From Candidatus Melainabacteria bacterium 17Bon1m (GTDB taxonomy: Bacteria; Cyanobacteriota; Vampirovibrionia; Obscuribacterales; Obscuribacteraceae): a stretch of DNA of 64,000 bases. The stretch lies in the NCBI GenBank assembly GCA_032128875.1, contig JAVLKG010000001.1, positions 1 through 64,000 on the forward strand. The letters are read 5' to 3'. The position numbers were made by a program, and so were the translations under genes. Position 1 is the first letter of the stretch, and every line of letters starts with the position of its first letter. Below are positions 40,540-49,309 of the stretch, in pieces. The notes beneath the pieces were generated by a model that did not search any database, had not been told where the DNA came from, and saw only the letters and a program-made list of their open reading frames with translations.

Positions 40540-40628
40540 TTCAAGGGCGAAGTAATTCTGTAAGCCACCTGCTTAGTTTAGCTATGAAATTTTCTCTGAA
40601 ACTTAGCTATGCAATTTAGCTTTGTAAA

Positions 40629-41696
40629 TTAGCGGCCTCTGAATCCGCCGCGTCTGCCGCTTCGACCTTCGGCTCCGCCGAGGCGCCCGCCGCCGTTATT
40701 TGCGCCGCCGAAACGTCCACCACCTTCGTTTCCGCCACCAAAACGACCGCCATTGGCGCCCTGGTTAAGCGCCGCACCCTGGTCGTTTCCATCGCGGTTT
40801 CCGAACCTTCCGCCCAAACGTCCGCCGCTATCTCCGTCATTGCCCTGACCGCCCTCTGCGCCGCGACCAAATCTGCCGCCGGTGCGTCCGCCGCCTTCTG
40901 CCTGCTCGCTGCCTTCGCGATTACGCATACCATTCATACCGTTTGCAGCTGCTGCGTCCTGCGCATTGTTTGCGCGCTGCCCATTCGCTTGATTAGCCCA
41001 TTGATTGCGGTTTTCCCAGTTGCCTTGCTGATTCCACTGGTTCATTACGGCAGCATTTTTTTCGCTGTTGTTGACATAAACTTGATTGCCACCGGCGTTT
41101 ACATAGTAGGGCTTGTTGTTTGTGGCATTGCGATACATCGGAACCCCGTAAGGCACTCCGTGATAGTAGTCATTGTTGTTGTACATAGAATTCGAAATTG
41201 CCGCGCCGGCCATTGCTCCTCCGGCAGCTGCCAGTCCTGTCCCCACCATTCCCATACCGCTGCTACTTCCTGAATTTCCAGAACCCGAGTAGTAGTTGTT
41301 GACTTGCTGCGGCTGCGATTGCTGCTGTTGTTGCGGCTGCTGCTGAGCCCCATGTGACCCGTAGAGGCGGTTGAGGTAGCCTTGCAATTGTGCCGCGGTT
41401 ACTTCCACTGGTTGGTTGTTGCGGTCGGTGTACCAGTAATTGCTGGCTTGGTCGCGATAGATGGCAACTTGTTGTGTGCCGGGCGGAAGTCCAGCTCCGG
41501 GCAACGGCAGCTTCGGACCAGCTTTTGTCTGGACGTATTGCTGACCCGAGCTGTCTGTGACGACCTGGTAGAGAGTCATGCTGGTCTGCCCTACCGGTTG
41601 CGCATCTTGCTGCGCCATAACATCGACGGCGAATGTCAGAGACAGTGTGACTGCAAGACTGATTGCCAGAACGGTGGATTTTGTAATTCTTTGCAT
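40629..41696 (-). CDS. Secreted Q/N/G-rich protein with GGRFG repeats
   Basis: Signal peptide, poly-Q tract, N-rich region, C-terminal GGR(F/L)GG repeats. Confidence 0.75.
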   Translation of the reverse strand: MQRITKSTVLAISLAVTLSLTFAVDVMAQQDAQPVGQTSMTLYQVVTDSSGQQYVQTKAGPKLPLPGAGLPPGTQQVAIYRDQASNYWYTDRNNQPVEVTAAQLQGYLNRLYGSHGAQQQPQQQQQSQPQQVNNYYSGSGNSGSSSGMGMVGTGLAAAGGAMAGAAISNSMYNNNDYYHGVPYGVPMYRNATNNKPYYVNAGGNQVYVNNSEKNAAVMNQWNQQGNWENRNQWANQANGQRANNAQDAAAANGMNGMRNREGSEQAEGGGRTGGRFGRGAEGGQGNDGDSGGRLGGRFGNRDGNDQGAALNQGANGGRFGGGNEGGGRFGGANNGGGRLGGAEGRSGRRGGFRGR

Positions 41697-41842
41697 GGCT
41701 TTCTCTTTTGTGTAGTGACGTCGGTGAGCGTTTTCCTTTGTCGCCAGACGGCGATAGCTGCGATCACGTAGATCTTATCGATCGGATCGCTGAAAGGAAG
41801 TCCCCAGTTGCGCCATTATATCGCAAAAGTCTCGGCTCTTTG

Positions 41843-43579
41843 CTACCTCTGGGAGGCACCAGAAATCTTCTGTTTCAGAAGTTCGACTGCATTCTGGAGT
41901 TGAATGTCTTCATTCTTGCCGGAAGAGCGCTCGACCAGCTCGACGATGCCGTCTTTGAGCCTCTTTCCAATATTGATTCGCAGCGGAACCCCAATCAAAT
42001 CGTTGTCGGCAAACTTGAATCCCGGTCGCTCAGCGCGGTCGTCAAGCAAAACGTCGATTCCGCAAGACGTCAGGTCTTTATACAGCTTCTCGCCTGCGGC
42101 AAGAGCTTCTTCGTCTGCGCCATTGATGACGTTGACGATGACATCATAAGGAGCCAGGGCTTGCGACCAGACAATTCCCTTTTTGTCGTGGCTGCCTTCC
42201 ACTGCTGCTGCAAGCATGCGCTCCACGCCTATGCCATAACTTCCCATTACTATCGGTACTTTTTCGCCGGAAGAAACAAGCACGCTCGCGTCCATAGTTG
42301 TCGAATAGCGTGTACCAAGTTTGAAGATGTGACCGATCTCCAGCGATTTCTCGACTGCTAAAGTGCCACCACATTTGATGCAGGCATCGCCCGTCTTTAC
42401 GCTGCGAAAATCGCTCCAAGCTGTCGCCTCGATATCTCGCTCGATGTCCACGCCTTTGTAGTGGAAATCGTCATGGTTGGCTCCTGTCACCATATTAGAG
42501 CGACCTTTGAGAGCGCAATCAAGAAATATCTTTGTGATTTTGCCTTTCGCTGATGACGGTTTTACACCCACTCCTCCGAGCGAGCCGGCGTGTGCGCCCA
42601 TGGCGCTGAAAATCTCCTGCTCTTCTGCTGCGCGAACAGTTTGCGCACCCAAGAAATCCATGAGTTTGGTCGTGTTGAGCTCGTGGTCTCCACGCAGGAG
42701 CACAAGAACCAACTGATCGTCGGCAGAATAGACAAGTGTTTTGATCTGATTCTTCGCTGCTCCTATTTCTGCAAAGTTTGCTAGTTGCTCTACTGTTCTC
42801 AAACCCGGAGTCGGAAATTTTTCGAGTTGTGATTTCCCATTGCCAAAATCGTATTTGTCGAAAGCCGCAACTGCTTTCTCTACGTTCGCCGCGTAACCAC
42901 ACTCTTTGCACAGGACGACCATGTCTTCGCCTGCTTCGGTGAGCACCATAAACTCTGTCGAAGCACTTCCGCCCATTGCGCCAGAGCTTGCTTCGACTGC
43001 GACGAATTGCAAGCCGGCACGTCTGAATATCTTTTCGTATGCGGCTTTGTGCAGATCGAAACTTTTATCAAGTCCTGCGGAATCCACATCAAATGAATAC
43101 GAATCTTTCATTGTGAACTCACGCACTCTGAGCAAACCTGATTTCGGACGCAATTCATCGCGAAATTTTGTTTGAAATTGATACCAAATCTGCGGGAGTT
43201 GGCGGTAGGAGTTGAGAGCGTTTCGCGCGATTGAAGTAAAGACTTCTTCGTGCGTCACGCCTAGCACATGGTCAGAACCTTTGCGATCTTTGAGGCGAAA
43301 CATGATATCGCCCATAGTGCCCAGTCTTCCCGATTCTTCCCACAGTTCGGTCGGGTGCAGTGCCGGCAGAACAAACTCTTGTCCGCCAATGGCATTCATC
43401 TCTTCTCTTATGATATTTATGATCTTGAGACGTACCCTTTGGGCAAGCGGAAGCAGGCTATAGATGCCAGAACCCAGCGGGCGAATGTAACCTGCGCGCA
43501 TGAGTAATTTGTGGCTGGCTGTTTCAGCTGCAGCCGGATCTTCTTTCAACGTCGGAATGAAAAGCTGTGACCATCGCAT
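41843..43579 (-). CDS. proS: Proline--tRNA ligase (bacterial type, with INS editing domain)
   Basis: SHKLLMRAGYI, THEEV, KFRDELRP.GLLRVREF.MKDSYSF, GHIFKLG and MGSYGIGVER. Confidence 0.97.
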   Translation of the reverse strand: MRWSQLFIPTLKEDPAAAETASHKLLMRAGYIRPLGSGIYSLLPLAQRVRLKIINIIREEMNAIGGQEFVLPALHPTELWEESGRLGTMGDIMFRLKDRKGSDHVLGVTHEEVFTSIARNALNSYRQLPQIWYQFQTKFRDELRPKSGLLRVREFTMKDSYSFDVDSAGLDKSFDLHKAAYEKIFRRAGLQFVAVEASSGAMGGSASTEFMVLTEAGEDMVVLCKECGYAANVEKAVAAFDKYDFGNGKSQLEKFPTPGLRTVEQLANFAEIGAAKNQIKTLVYSADDQLVLVLLRGDHELNTTKLMDFLGAQTVRAAEEQEIFSAMGAHAGSLGGVGVKPSSAKGKITKIFLDCALKGRSNMVTGANHDDFHYKGVDIERDIEATAWSDFRSVKTGDACIKCGGTLAVEKSLEIGHIFKLGTRYSTTMDASVLVSSGEKVPIVMGSYGIGVERMLAAAVEGSHDKKGIVWSQALAPYDVIVNVINGADEEALAAGEKLYKDLTSCGIDVLLDDRAERPGFKFADNDLIGVPLRINIGKRLKDGIVELVERSSGKNEDIQLQNAVELLKQKISGASQR

Positions 43580-43625
43580 AATGTGTGACCTCTGCGCGAA
43601 TTAGTTATTGGAAAAATGGTTCTGC

Positions 43626-43653
43626 AAAAGCGACCTCGTATCTCACGAGATCG
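43626..43653 (-). terminator. Putative attenuator terminator in the proS leader
   Basis: Minus strand CGATCTCGT-GAGAT-ACGAGGTCG then CTTTT (9-bp stem with one G-U, short U tract). Confidence 0.6.
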
Positions 43654-43679
43654 AGCCTTGTCGCATCGGAACGCAAAGA

Positions 43680-43739
43680 CTAACCCGTGGTGCGAGGTCG
43701 CGGGCTAGGGGGTGGTCCGAATGTGACATGTGTATGCAT
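43680..43739 (-). CDS. Putative proline-rich leader peptide MHTHVTFGPPPSPRPRTTG
   Basis: ATG to TAG, 19 aa, codons CCA CCC CCT AGC CCG CGA CCT; ends 100 nt upstream of proS. Confidence 0.7.
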   Translation of the reverse strand: MHTHVTFGPPPSPRPRTTG

Positions 43740-43745
43740 ACGTTC

Positions 43746-43774
43746 AGTTTTGACGACAGAAAAACTTCTGTCAA
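43746..43774 (-). promoter_or_regulatory. Putative sigma70 promoter of the proS leader
   Basis: TTGACA (43774-43769), 17 nt, AAAACT (43751-43746); leader ATG begins 7 nt downstream. Confidence 0.55.
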
Positions 43775-43845
43775 TACTTTTTCGCCGTCTGCAAACGGTA
43801 GTTGTTACAAACCAATTCCGATTCCGAGCCGACCGCAAATCCAAA

Positions 43846-45030
43846 TTAGCGCATTGCATTGTCGAGATCGCGAATGGTGTAGTCGAGATCCTTTAGCTCG
43901 CGGTACGAGCTGTCGAGTTTGCTTTCGAGCGAACCAGCTGCGCTTGCAGCTTCGGAAGTGTTGTCGCGTTTCAATTCAGCGATACGCCGTTTTAAATCCT
44001 CGGCGTCTCGCGCTATAGCTTCATATTTAGCTTCTGCATTTGTCCTTTGAACTTTCAGCGTGTTGTATGTCTCCGGACTCAAGTTACTGGCTTCGGCCGA
44101 CTGCGAAGCGACGCTAGCCACTACCAGCGTCGTGGCTACAACTGCTATGTATGTTTGCAGCACTTCCTTAAAGCGCTTGCTGAATTTCGTTGGAGTCAGT
44201 CCGGCCAGACGCGCTTTCAGTGCATCGAGAATTGCGTGCCAGCCAGCCATCACCTCTGCCATCGCTTCTGTGGGCAGTTGGCTGTGAGTCAAAACGAGTG
44301 TTGTCTGATCGCCGACCGACGTGACTTGCATGGAGACTTGGGTGGCTTTGTCGCTCCCGGGCTCTCCCCATGAGTATGCCAAAGCACGCAGCGGATCAAT
44401 GAAGGTGACAGTGCCTTCGACGCTTTCGAACTTTCTGTCGCTTTCAACGTCGCTATTGTCGAATTGAAGTTTTACCTTGCCGCCGAACCGTTGGTCGATA
44501 CTTCCTTCGCCAAGCCATTCAGGCAGACATTCTGAGGACGTAAGATACTGCCAGACCTTCTCTATTGGAGCGGGTAGCACTCTCTCGAATCGGCATGTCG
44601 ACTCATCAATGATTTTACCGAGCTCGTTGATCATTGGAGCCGTCGACCCAATGAGCTTGGGCTCGTCTTTCGGCGGAGCAATAACAGTGACCTTGGTCGT
44701 TCCTGCTTCGTGTTTTGCTGTTGCCAAAAGTTGTTGTGCTTCCGCCAGCTCTGAGGCGTTTTTCGACAATAGTTTGTGTGCTTCTGCGATTTGCTGGGCG
44801 CTGTCGATCATGAGTTTGTGCGCGAACTCGCTCGTGTCCTTCATCTCTTGTATGTCTTTGCCCATCGTGACCATCGAGCCTTCGAGCGCGCTGACGCGTT
44901 CTAGCATATTGGCGTCGATTGCCGATTCTCCTTTCCCCTTTTTGTTTTCTATGTAAGCCATCAGCGGTTTTTTCATCACGATGGCAATCCAAAACAGCCA
45001 AAAGCCACCGACAGCAAGAATGCCTTCCAT
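43846..45030 (-). CDS. Membrane-anchored SRPBCC/AHSA1 domain protein with coiled coils
   Basis: RFERVLPAPIEKVWQYLT..LAYSW..AGWHAILDAL; N-terminal TM; second hydrophobic segment near the C-terminus. Confidence 0.8.
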   Translation of the reverse strand: MEGILAVGGFWLFWIAIVMKKPLMAYIENKKGKGESAIDANMLERVSALEGSMVTMGKDIQEMKDTSEFAHKLMIDSAQQIAEAHKLLSKNASELAEAQQLLATAKHEAGTTKVTVIAPPKDEPKLIGSTAPMINELGKIIDESTCRFERVLPAPIEKVWQYLTSSECLPEWLGEGSIDQRFGGKVKLQFDNSDVESDRKFESVEGTVTFIDPLRALAYSWGEPGSDKATQVSMQVTSVGDQTTLVLTHSQLPTEAMAEVMAGWHAILDALKARLAGLTPTKFSKRFKEVLQTYIAVVATTLVVASVASQSAEASNLSPETYNTLKVQRTNAEAKYEAIARDAEDLKRRIAELKRDNTSEAASAAGSLESKLDSSYRELKDLDYTIRDLDNAMR

Positions 45031-45217
45031 GGTTTGTCCTCGACGGAAAGATGAGATAGACCTTCTTCAGTATATGTATGGGTGCGTGATTGAAAAGTGA
45101 AGTCTTGTACTTTGTAACGCGGCAGGAGTGGGAGAAACCACACTTACCGGAGGCAGGCGTTTCCAGGCAAAAACCGGAAAGTTCCGCAGTGACTGCCAAA
45201 GAGCCGGGCGTGGTTGC

Positions 45218-45254
45218 AAAAAAGGAAAGCCCCGCAATCACTTGCGGGGCTTCC
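45218..45254 (-). terminator. Intrinsic terminator of the MBOAT/SGNH operon
   Basis: Minus strand GGAAGCCCCGCAA-GTGA-TTGCGGGGCTTTCC followed by TTTTTT. Confidence 0.85.
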
Positions 45255-45319
45255 TTCCAAACCAGGCACATCGACCGCCAAAACGATTGAAGTGACCTGA
45301 GACCTTAAACTCTATTCAC

Positions 45320-46648
45320 CTATCTCCAGTGATTGTCGACTGCGCTGGTTTGCACGTTAGTGCGCAGTTCGGCTGGAACTTGCTGCGGAAGTGCGGCAGC
45401 CGAAAGTTGGGGAGACGAGCTGATTTTTGCAGCGATGATTTTGAACAACCTCGTGCCGCCAGAGGCATTGAGGTGAACGGTATCAAGATAGTCGGTGATG
45501 ATGAATCTGAAATCGTCCGACAAGTCTATGTAATCAGCACCATATTTAGTGCAGGTTGAGCTGAGGTATGTTTTGAAATCGTGCCAAAACGTGTCAGGAA
45601 GAATCGAGCGATTTGGATACGTGGCCGGCATATTCACGACCAGGACTTTGATGTTTTCCTCTTTGAGCTTTGCAAGAAACGCATTGAAGAATTTCTTCTC
45701 TCGCGGGAAAAGTGCTGTCTTTGGATTTTTGTAGCGATTTAGATATTCAGGCATGTTGTCCTGAAAGCCGTAGGGCATCGGATACGGAATCAGCCATTCG
45801 CCTTTGCGAATATCTTTCCCTCCACCCAAGAAAACCTGCATCACAGAACGTTTTACATTCAAGTGAGAAACCAACGTTCGCGGATGCTCACCAGGCTTTT
45901 GCCCAATTCTGGAAATCTGACTGGCGATTTCCGCTAGTTTTGCGTTCATCCGTTTGAGGGGGACATACTGATGGAAAGTCCAATCTAAGTAAGCAAACGG
46001 GTCCGAAAATGAGGCTTTGGCTAAATTACCGAGGCTGACATAGCGCGAGAAAAATTGAAAAGGCTCAGTGTCAGCCGGTGCGGTGACAGTGTTGTCGATG
46101 AAATCGCGCGGGTTGACGCCGATGATGACTAGCTGTGGTTTGTTGTCTGGCTTGAAAAGTGCGCTGGACATCAAGTAAGCATCAGACGCCATAGAGCCTG
46201 GAATTGAGGCGTTGTAGACTTCTGTTCTGCCACCGAGCTGTTGTTTGATGTCCTTTTCTAAAGTCGCTGCATGGCGGTCGACAACGCAGTCGCGGAAGTT
46301 TTTCGTTGTCTGTGTATCTGCTGAAAAAGTGGCTGACCCGATCAATGAACTGCCGAACATTACTACCGGGGGAGCTTTCTCCCGCATCAAATAATCTCGC
46401 GCCACCCAAAACGACCAGGTGCCTTCCTGGCTGGATTCTTCCGAACTCTTGCTCAGGGTTTCCTTGCTGAGTCCGCTTGTGCGCTCACTGAGCGCACCGA
46501 TTGCCATTAGATTGATAGCACCAAAGGCAACCAGGGCGGAGATAAAACCACAGGCAAAGAGCTTCTTCTTCGAAGAACTCTGCTTAGTGTTCTTCTGCGT
46601 GTCTTTCTCTTGAGTGCTTCTCAATTGCTCAGAGTTAGATTCAGTCAT
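45320..46648 (-). CDS. SGNH-like (DUF1574/DltD-like) membrane-anchored protein
   Basis: GSSL, PGSMASDAY, GVNPRDFID and DTVHLN. Confidence 0.8.
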   Translation of the reverse strand: MTESNSEQLRSTQEKDTQKNTKQSSSKKKLFACGFISALVAFGAINLMAIGALSERTSGLSKETLSKSSEESSQEGTWSFWVARDYLMREKAPPVVMFGSSLIGSATFSADTQTTKNFRDCVVDRHAATLEKDIKQQLGGRTEVYNASIPGSMASDAYLMSSALFKPDNKPQLVIIGVNPRDFIDNTVTAPADTEPFQFFSRYVSLGNLAKASFSDPFAYLDWTFHQYVPLKRMNAKLAEIASQISRIGQKPGEHPRTLVSHLNVKRSVMQVFLGGGKDIRKGEWLIPYPMPYGFQDNMPEYLNRYKNPKTALFPREKKFFNAFLAKLKEENIKVLVVNMPATYPNRSILPDTFWHDFKTYLSSTCTKYGADYIDLSDDFRFIITDYLDTVHLNASGGTRLFKIIAAKISSSPQLSAAALPQQVPAELRTNVQTSAVDNHWR

Positions 46649-46666
46649 GGGATTTTTTCACTTCCA

Positions 46667-48046
46667 TTACTGAACGTGATTCGGCTTGGAATTGGCTACG
46701 GCTTGATGACGTTCCAGATCTTGGCCTGAAAGTGCAAACGCCTGGCGTGTGCGACCCGACAGCGAAATAATATTGACGAGCTGATCGAAGAACTTCTTGC
46801 CGCCGTACGCGTTCAGGTGAACGGAATCATGGAAGTCTTGCTGTGAATAATTGGATGGTGTGCACATATCGTAGAAGGCGATGTTGTTCTTCATTGAAAA
46901 AATGTGCAGGTCGCCCAGGAATTGAAGGTAGCGCTTAGGTCCAAGCAAATTGATGTTGAAGCTTGTGATCGGCATGTTGACGAGGACAAGCTCGATGCGT
47001 TCTTTCTTGCAGAATTTAGCGATTTCTTGCAAGAAGTAAAACTGCGAGCGATAGACATATTTGTCCGGATGTTTGTAGCGCTCGACGTATTCGGGCGCAT
47101 TGTTGATCCAGCGTTTGCGTGCCTCTGCTTCGCTAATTGGTCCGGTCATTACTGCCTGCGGGCGAATCTCGCCGGGCAGGTAGCTGGGCAAAAGTTTGAT
47201 GCGGTTCCACCACGTGAATGGATGATCTGTCTTGGGGCAAGCCACCAGCTTGTTTACCACGTTTTCCGAGCCTTCCTTGAACTTCAACTGGAAGTCGGCC
47301 GCGTGCTCGCTTATGTAAAACGTGCGGTTGATGAACCACTCTAATCTTGTGTAAGGCGTTCTAAACACATTGGCTGCGACATCATCGATGTTAACGATGC
47401 GGCGCAGGAAGCGAAAAGTCTCAGTATCAGCGGCGCTGGACATTGTGCTGTCGATAAAATCTCGAGGCGCGACACCGTATACAACCACGTCTGGGCGGTT
47501 TGATGTGGCAACCATCGCCTTCAGTGTCATGTATGCGTCAGATGGCATTTGACCCGGGATAGATAAATTCAAGCAATTGAACGTGCCACCGAATCTGGTG
47601 ACGAGGTTGTCCGACAGATACTTGGCTTTGTGATATTGCGAGAGGTCGAGCGTCTTATTCAAGTAGTTGGCATCTACGCCTGCTACTGCGCTAACCATCA
47701 GCGACGAGCCCAAAAGCGCCACGTTGTGAACGTGCGAAGACTTCTTCATGTCGTTGAATCCCCACCATGTCCAACCTCTGTAGAGGTAGTCGTAGGGATC
47801 AAATTCGATCGGATTGTAGAATGACAGTGCGAAGTTGCCCAGGCAGAAAAGCAGCAGCGCCCAGGTCGTCGCTGCCCGCATGCCGCTTGCGCGGGGCTTT
47901 TCTGGAGGAAGCTTGTCGGTGGCGCGACGGCGGAACATGGTTTGATTTTCGCCGCCCATTCTTTCGTCTTGAACTACGCGTTTGAATGCTTCAGCAGAAC
48001 CCTGAGTATCCAGATTCTCTTTAGTGTCGTGAGGAGCAGCGGTCAT
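46667..48046 (-). CDS. SGNH-like (DUF1574/DltD-like) membrane-anchored protein
   Basis: GSSLM, PGQMPSDAY, GVAPRDFID and DSVHLN. Confidence 0.8.
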   Translation of the reverse strand: MTAAPHDTKENLDTQGSAEAFKRVVQDERMGGENQTMFRRRATDKLPPEKPRASGMRAATTWALLLFCLGNFALSFYNPIEFDPYDYLYRGWTWWGFNDMKKSSHVHNVALLGSSLMVSAVAGVDANYLNKTLDLSQYHKAKYLSDNLVTRFGGTFNCLNLSIPGQMPSDAYMTLKAMVATSNRPDVVVYGVAPRDFIDSTMSSAADTETFRFLRRIVNIDDVAANVFRTPYTRLEWFINRTFYISEHAADFQLKFKEGSENVVNKLVACPKTDHPFTWWNRIKLLPSYLPGEIRPQAVMTGPISEAEARKRWINNAPEYVERYKHPDKYVYRSQFYFLQEIAKFCKKERIELVLVNMPITSFNINLLGPKRYLQFLGDLHIFSMKNNIAFYDMCTPSNYSQQDFHDSVHLNAYGGKKFFDQLVNIISLSGRTRQAFALSGQDLERHQAVANSKPNHVQ

Positions 48047-49305
48047 AGCTGTCCTCCCTTCAGTCCTGCGATGTGACTGTTTGTCGGATCTAGTGCAGAC
48101 AGAACGCGTCTGTCTGTGGCTGCGCGTTCGGCAATGATATCCAGCAGTTTCATGCCGCCGCCGGAATGCAGGTGGACTGTATCCATAAAGTCATTGAGTG
48201 CAAATTGCTTGGAATCGCCAAGATCGATGAATGTCGCATCTTTTGATTGAGCCAGAACCTTCAGGCATTTCTTGTAAGAATCCCATGTGCCTTTCTCCAG
48301 CAAGTCGCGATTGATGTCTGTAATCGGCATCGAAATGAGAATTACTTGCGTGCCACGTTCGCGCGCAGTGTTCATCAAGTCGGCGAGAAACTTCATTTGA
48401 TGGCAGTACGTGCGCCAGTTAAGGTGTGCGTAGCGCTTCTTATATTCATTCAAGTTGGCGTTATCGAATGTCCGAGTCTCGGGCGTTGTTGGACGGAAAA
48501 ATGCTTCGTTGGCGGCAATTTCCGTTTGCTTGTAAGACGGAAAGAGCCGTCTGCGATCGCTGATGGTGAATGGTTTATCTGTTTGCGGCTTTGGCAAAAA
48601 CTCATTAATCGCCGCGGTAACAGCGCGCTCTGCGGACACGCTCATGTCTAACTTGTGTCCGTAAGGATAAACAAGTTGAGCCAGCTCGAAATTGAGCCTT
48701 TGATCCCACTCAGGCGCAATCAGATGTCTGTGCGATGTAACATCGCCGAATCTACTTAAGCATTGATACGGATCGGTGGCGGCAGGGCTTGGCAGCAAGC
48801 TATCCATAAAATCACGAGGACCGACTCCATATACGATCACATCGGGTCGCTTCTCTCCTTTGAGGAGAAACTTCGTGATGAGGAACGCGTCAGATGGCAT
48901 CTCTCCAGGCAATCCGAAGTTGAAAGTTTTCACTTTCTGCCCGGTTTTTTGCTGGAATTGATCTTCGAAATACTGAGAGTTGTGGTGACGTGAGCCGTCG
49001 ATTGGACGATTCAAATAGTCCGCATCCACTCCGGCAACCGGAACCAACATGAGCGAGGAGCCCATGAATACAAACTGCGGGCGACCTTGTTTGTCTGAGA
49101 GAAATTCGTCCACAGCCCAACCTGTCCAAGTCTTAATTGGATAGTCGGTGGGCGCAATGTTTCCGAGTTTGGTCATCGCCAGAAGCGATGAGACCGCTGC
49201 GAAAAGCGCTACAGATATGAAGAATTTACTTCTCAAGATTCCCATTAAACCATTCCGTTTGCCTTTGCCCGGCTGTGTCCTAAGCGATGCTGTAGAACTC
49301 AACAC
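48043..49305 (-). CDS. SGNH-like (DUF1574/DltD-like) membrane-anchored protein
   Basis: GSSLM, PGEMPSDAF, GVGPRDFMD and DTVHLH. Confidence 0.8.
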   Translation of the reverse strand: MLSSTASLRTQPGKGKRNGLMGILRSKFFISVALFAAVSSLLAMTKLGNIAPTDYPIKTWTGWAVDEFLSDKQGRPQFVFMGSSLMLVPVAGVDADYLNRPIDGSRHHNSQYFEDQFQQKTGQKVKTFNFGLPGEMPSDAFLITKFLLKGEKRPDVIVYGVGPRDFMDSLLPSPAATDPYQCLSRFGDVTSHRHLIAPEWDQRLNFELAQLVYPYGHKLDMSVSAERAVTAAINEFLPKPQTDKPFTISDRRRLFPSYKQTEIAANEAFFRPTTPETRTFDNANLNEYKKRYAHLNWRTYCHQMKFLADLMNTARERGTQVILISMPITDINRDLLEKGTWDSYKKCLKVLAQSKDATFIDLGDSKQFALNDFMDTVHLHSGGGMKLLDIIAERAATDRRVLSALDPTNSHIAGLKGGQL

Positions 49306-49309
49306 GTTC

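Noticed and set aside
43580-43780. T-box riboswitch for proS
   Set aside because: No T-box UGGNACC antiterminator motif on the sense strand; the GGTGGT match is on the wrong strand.
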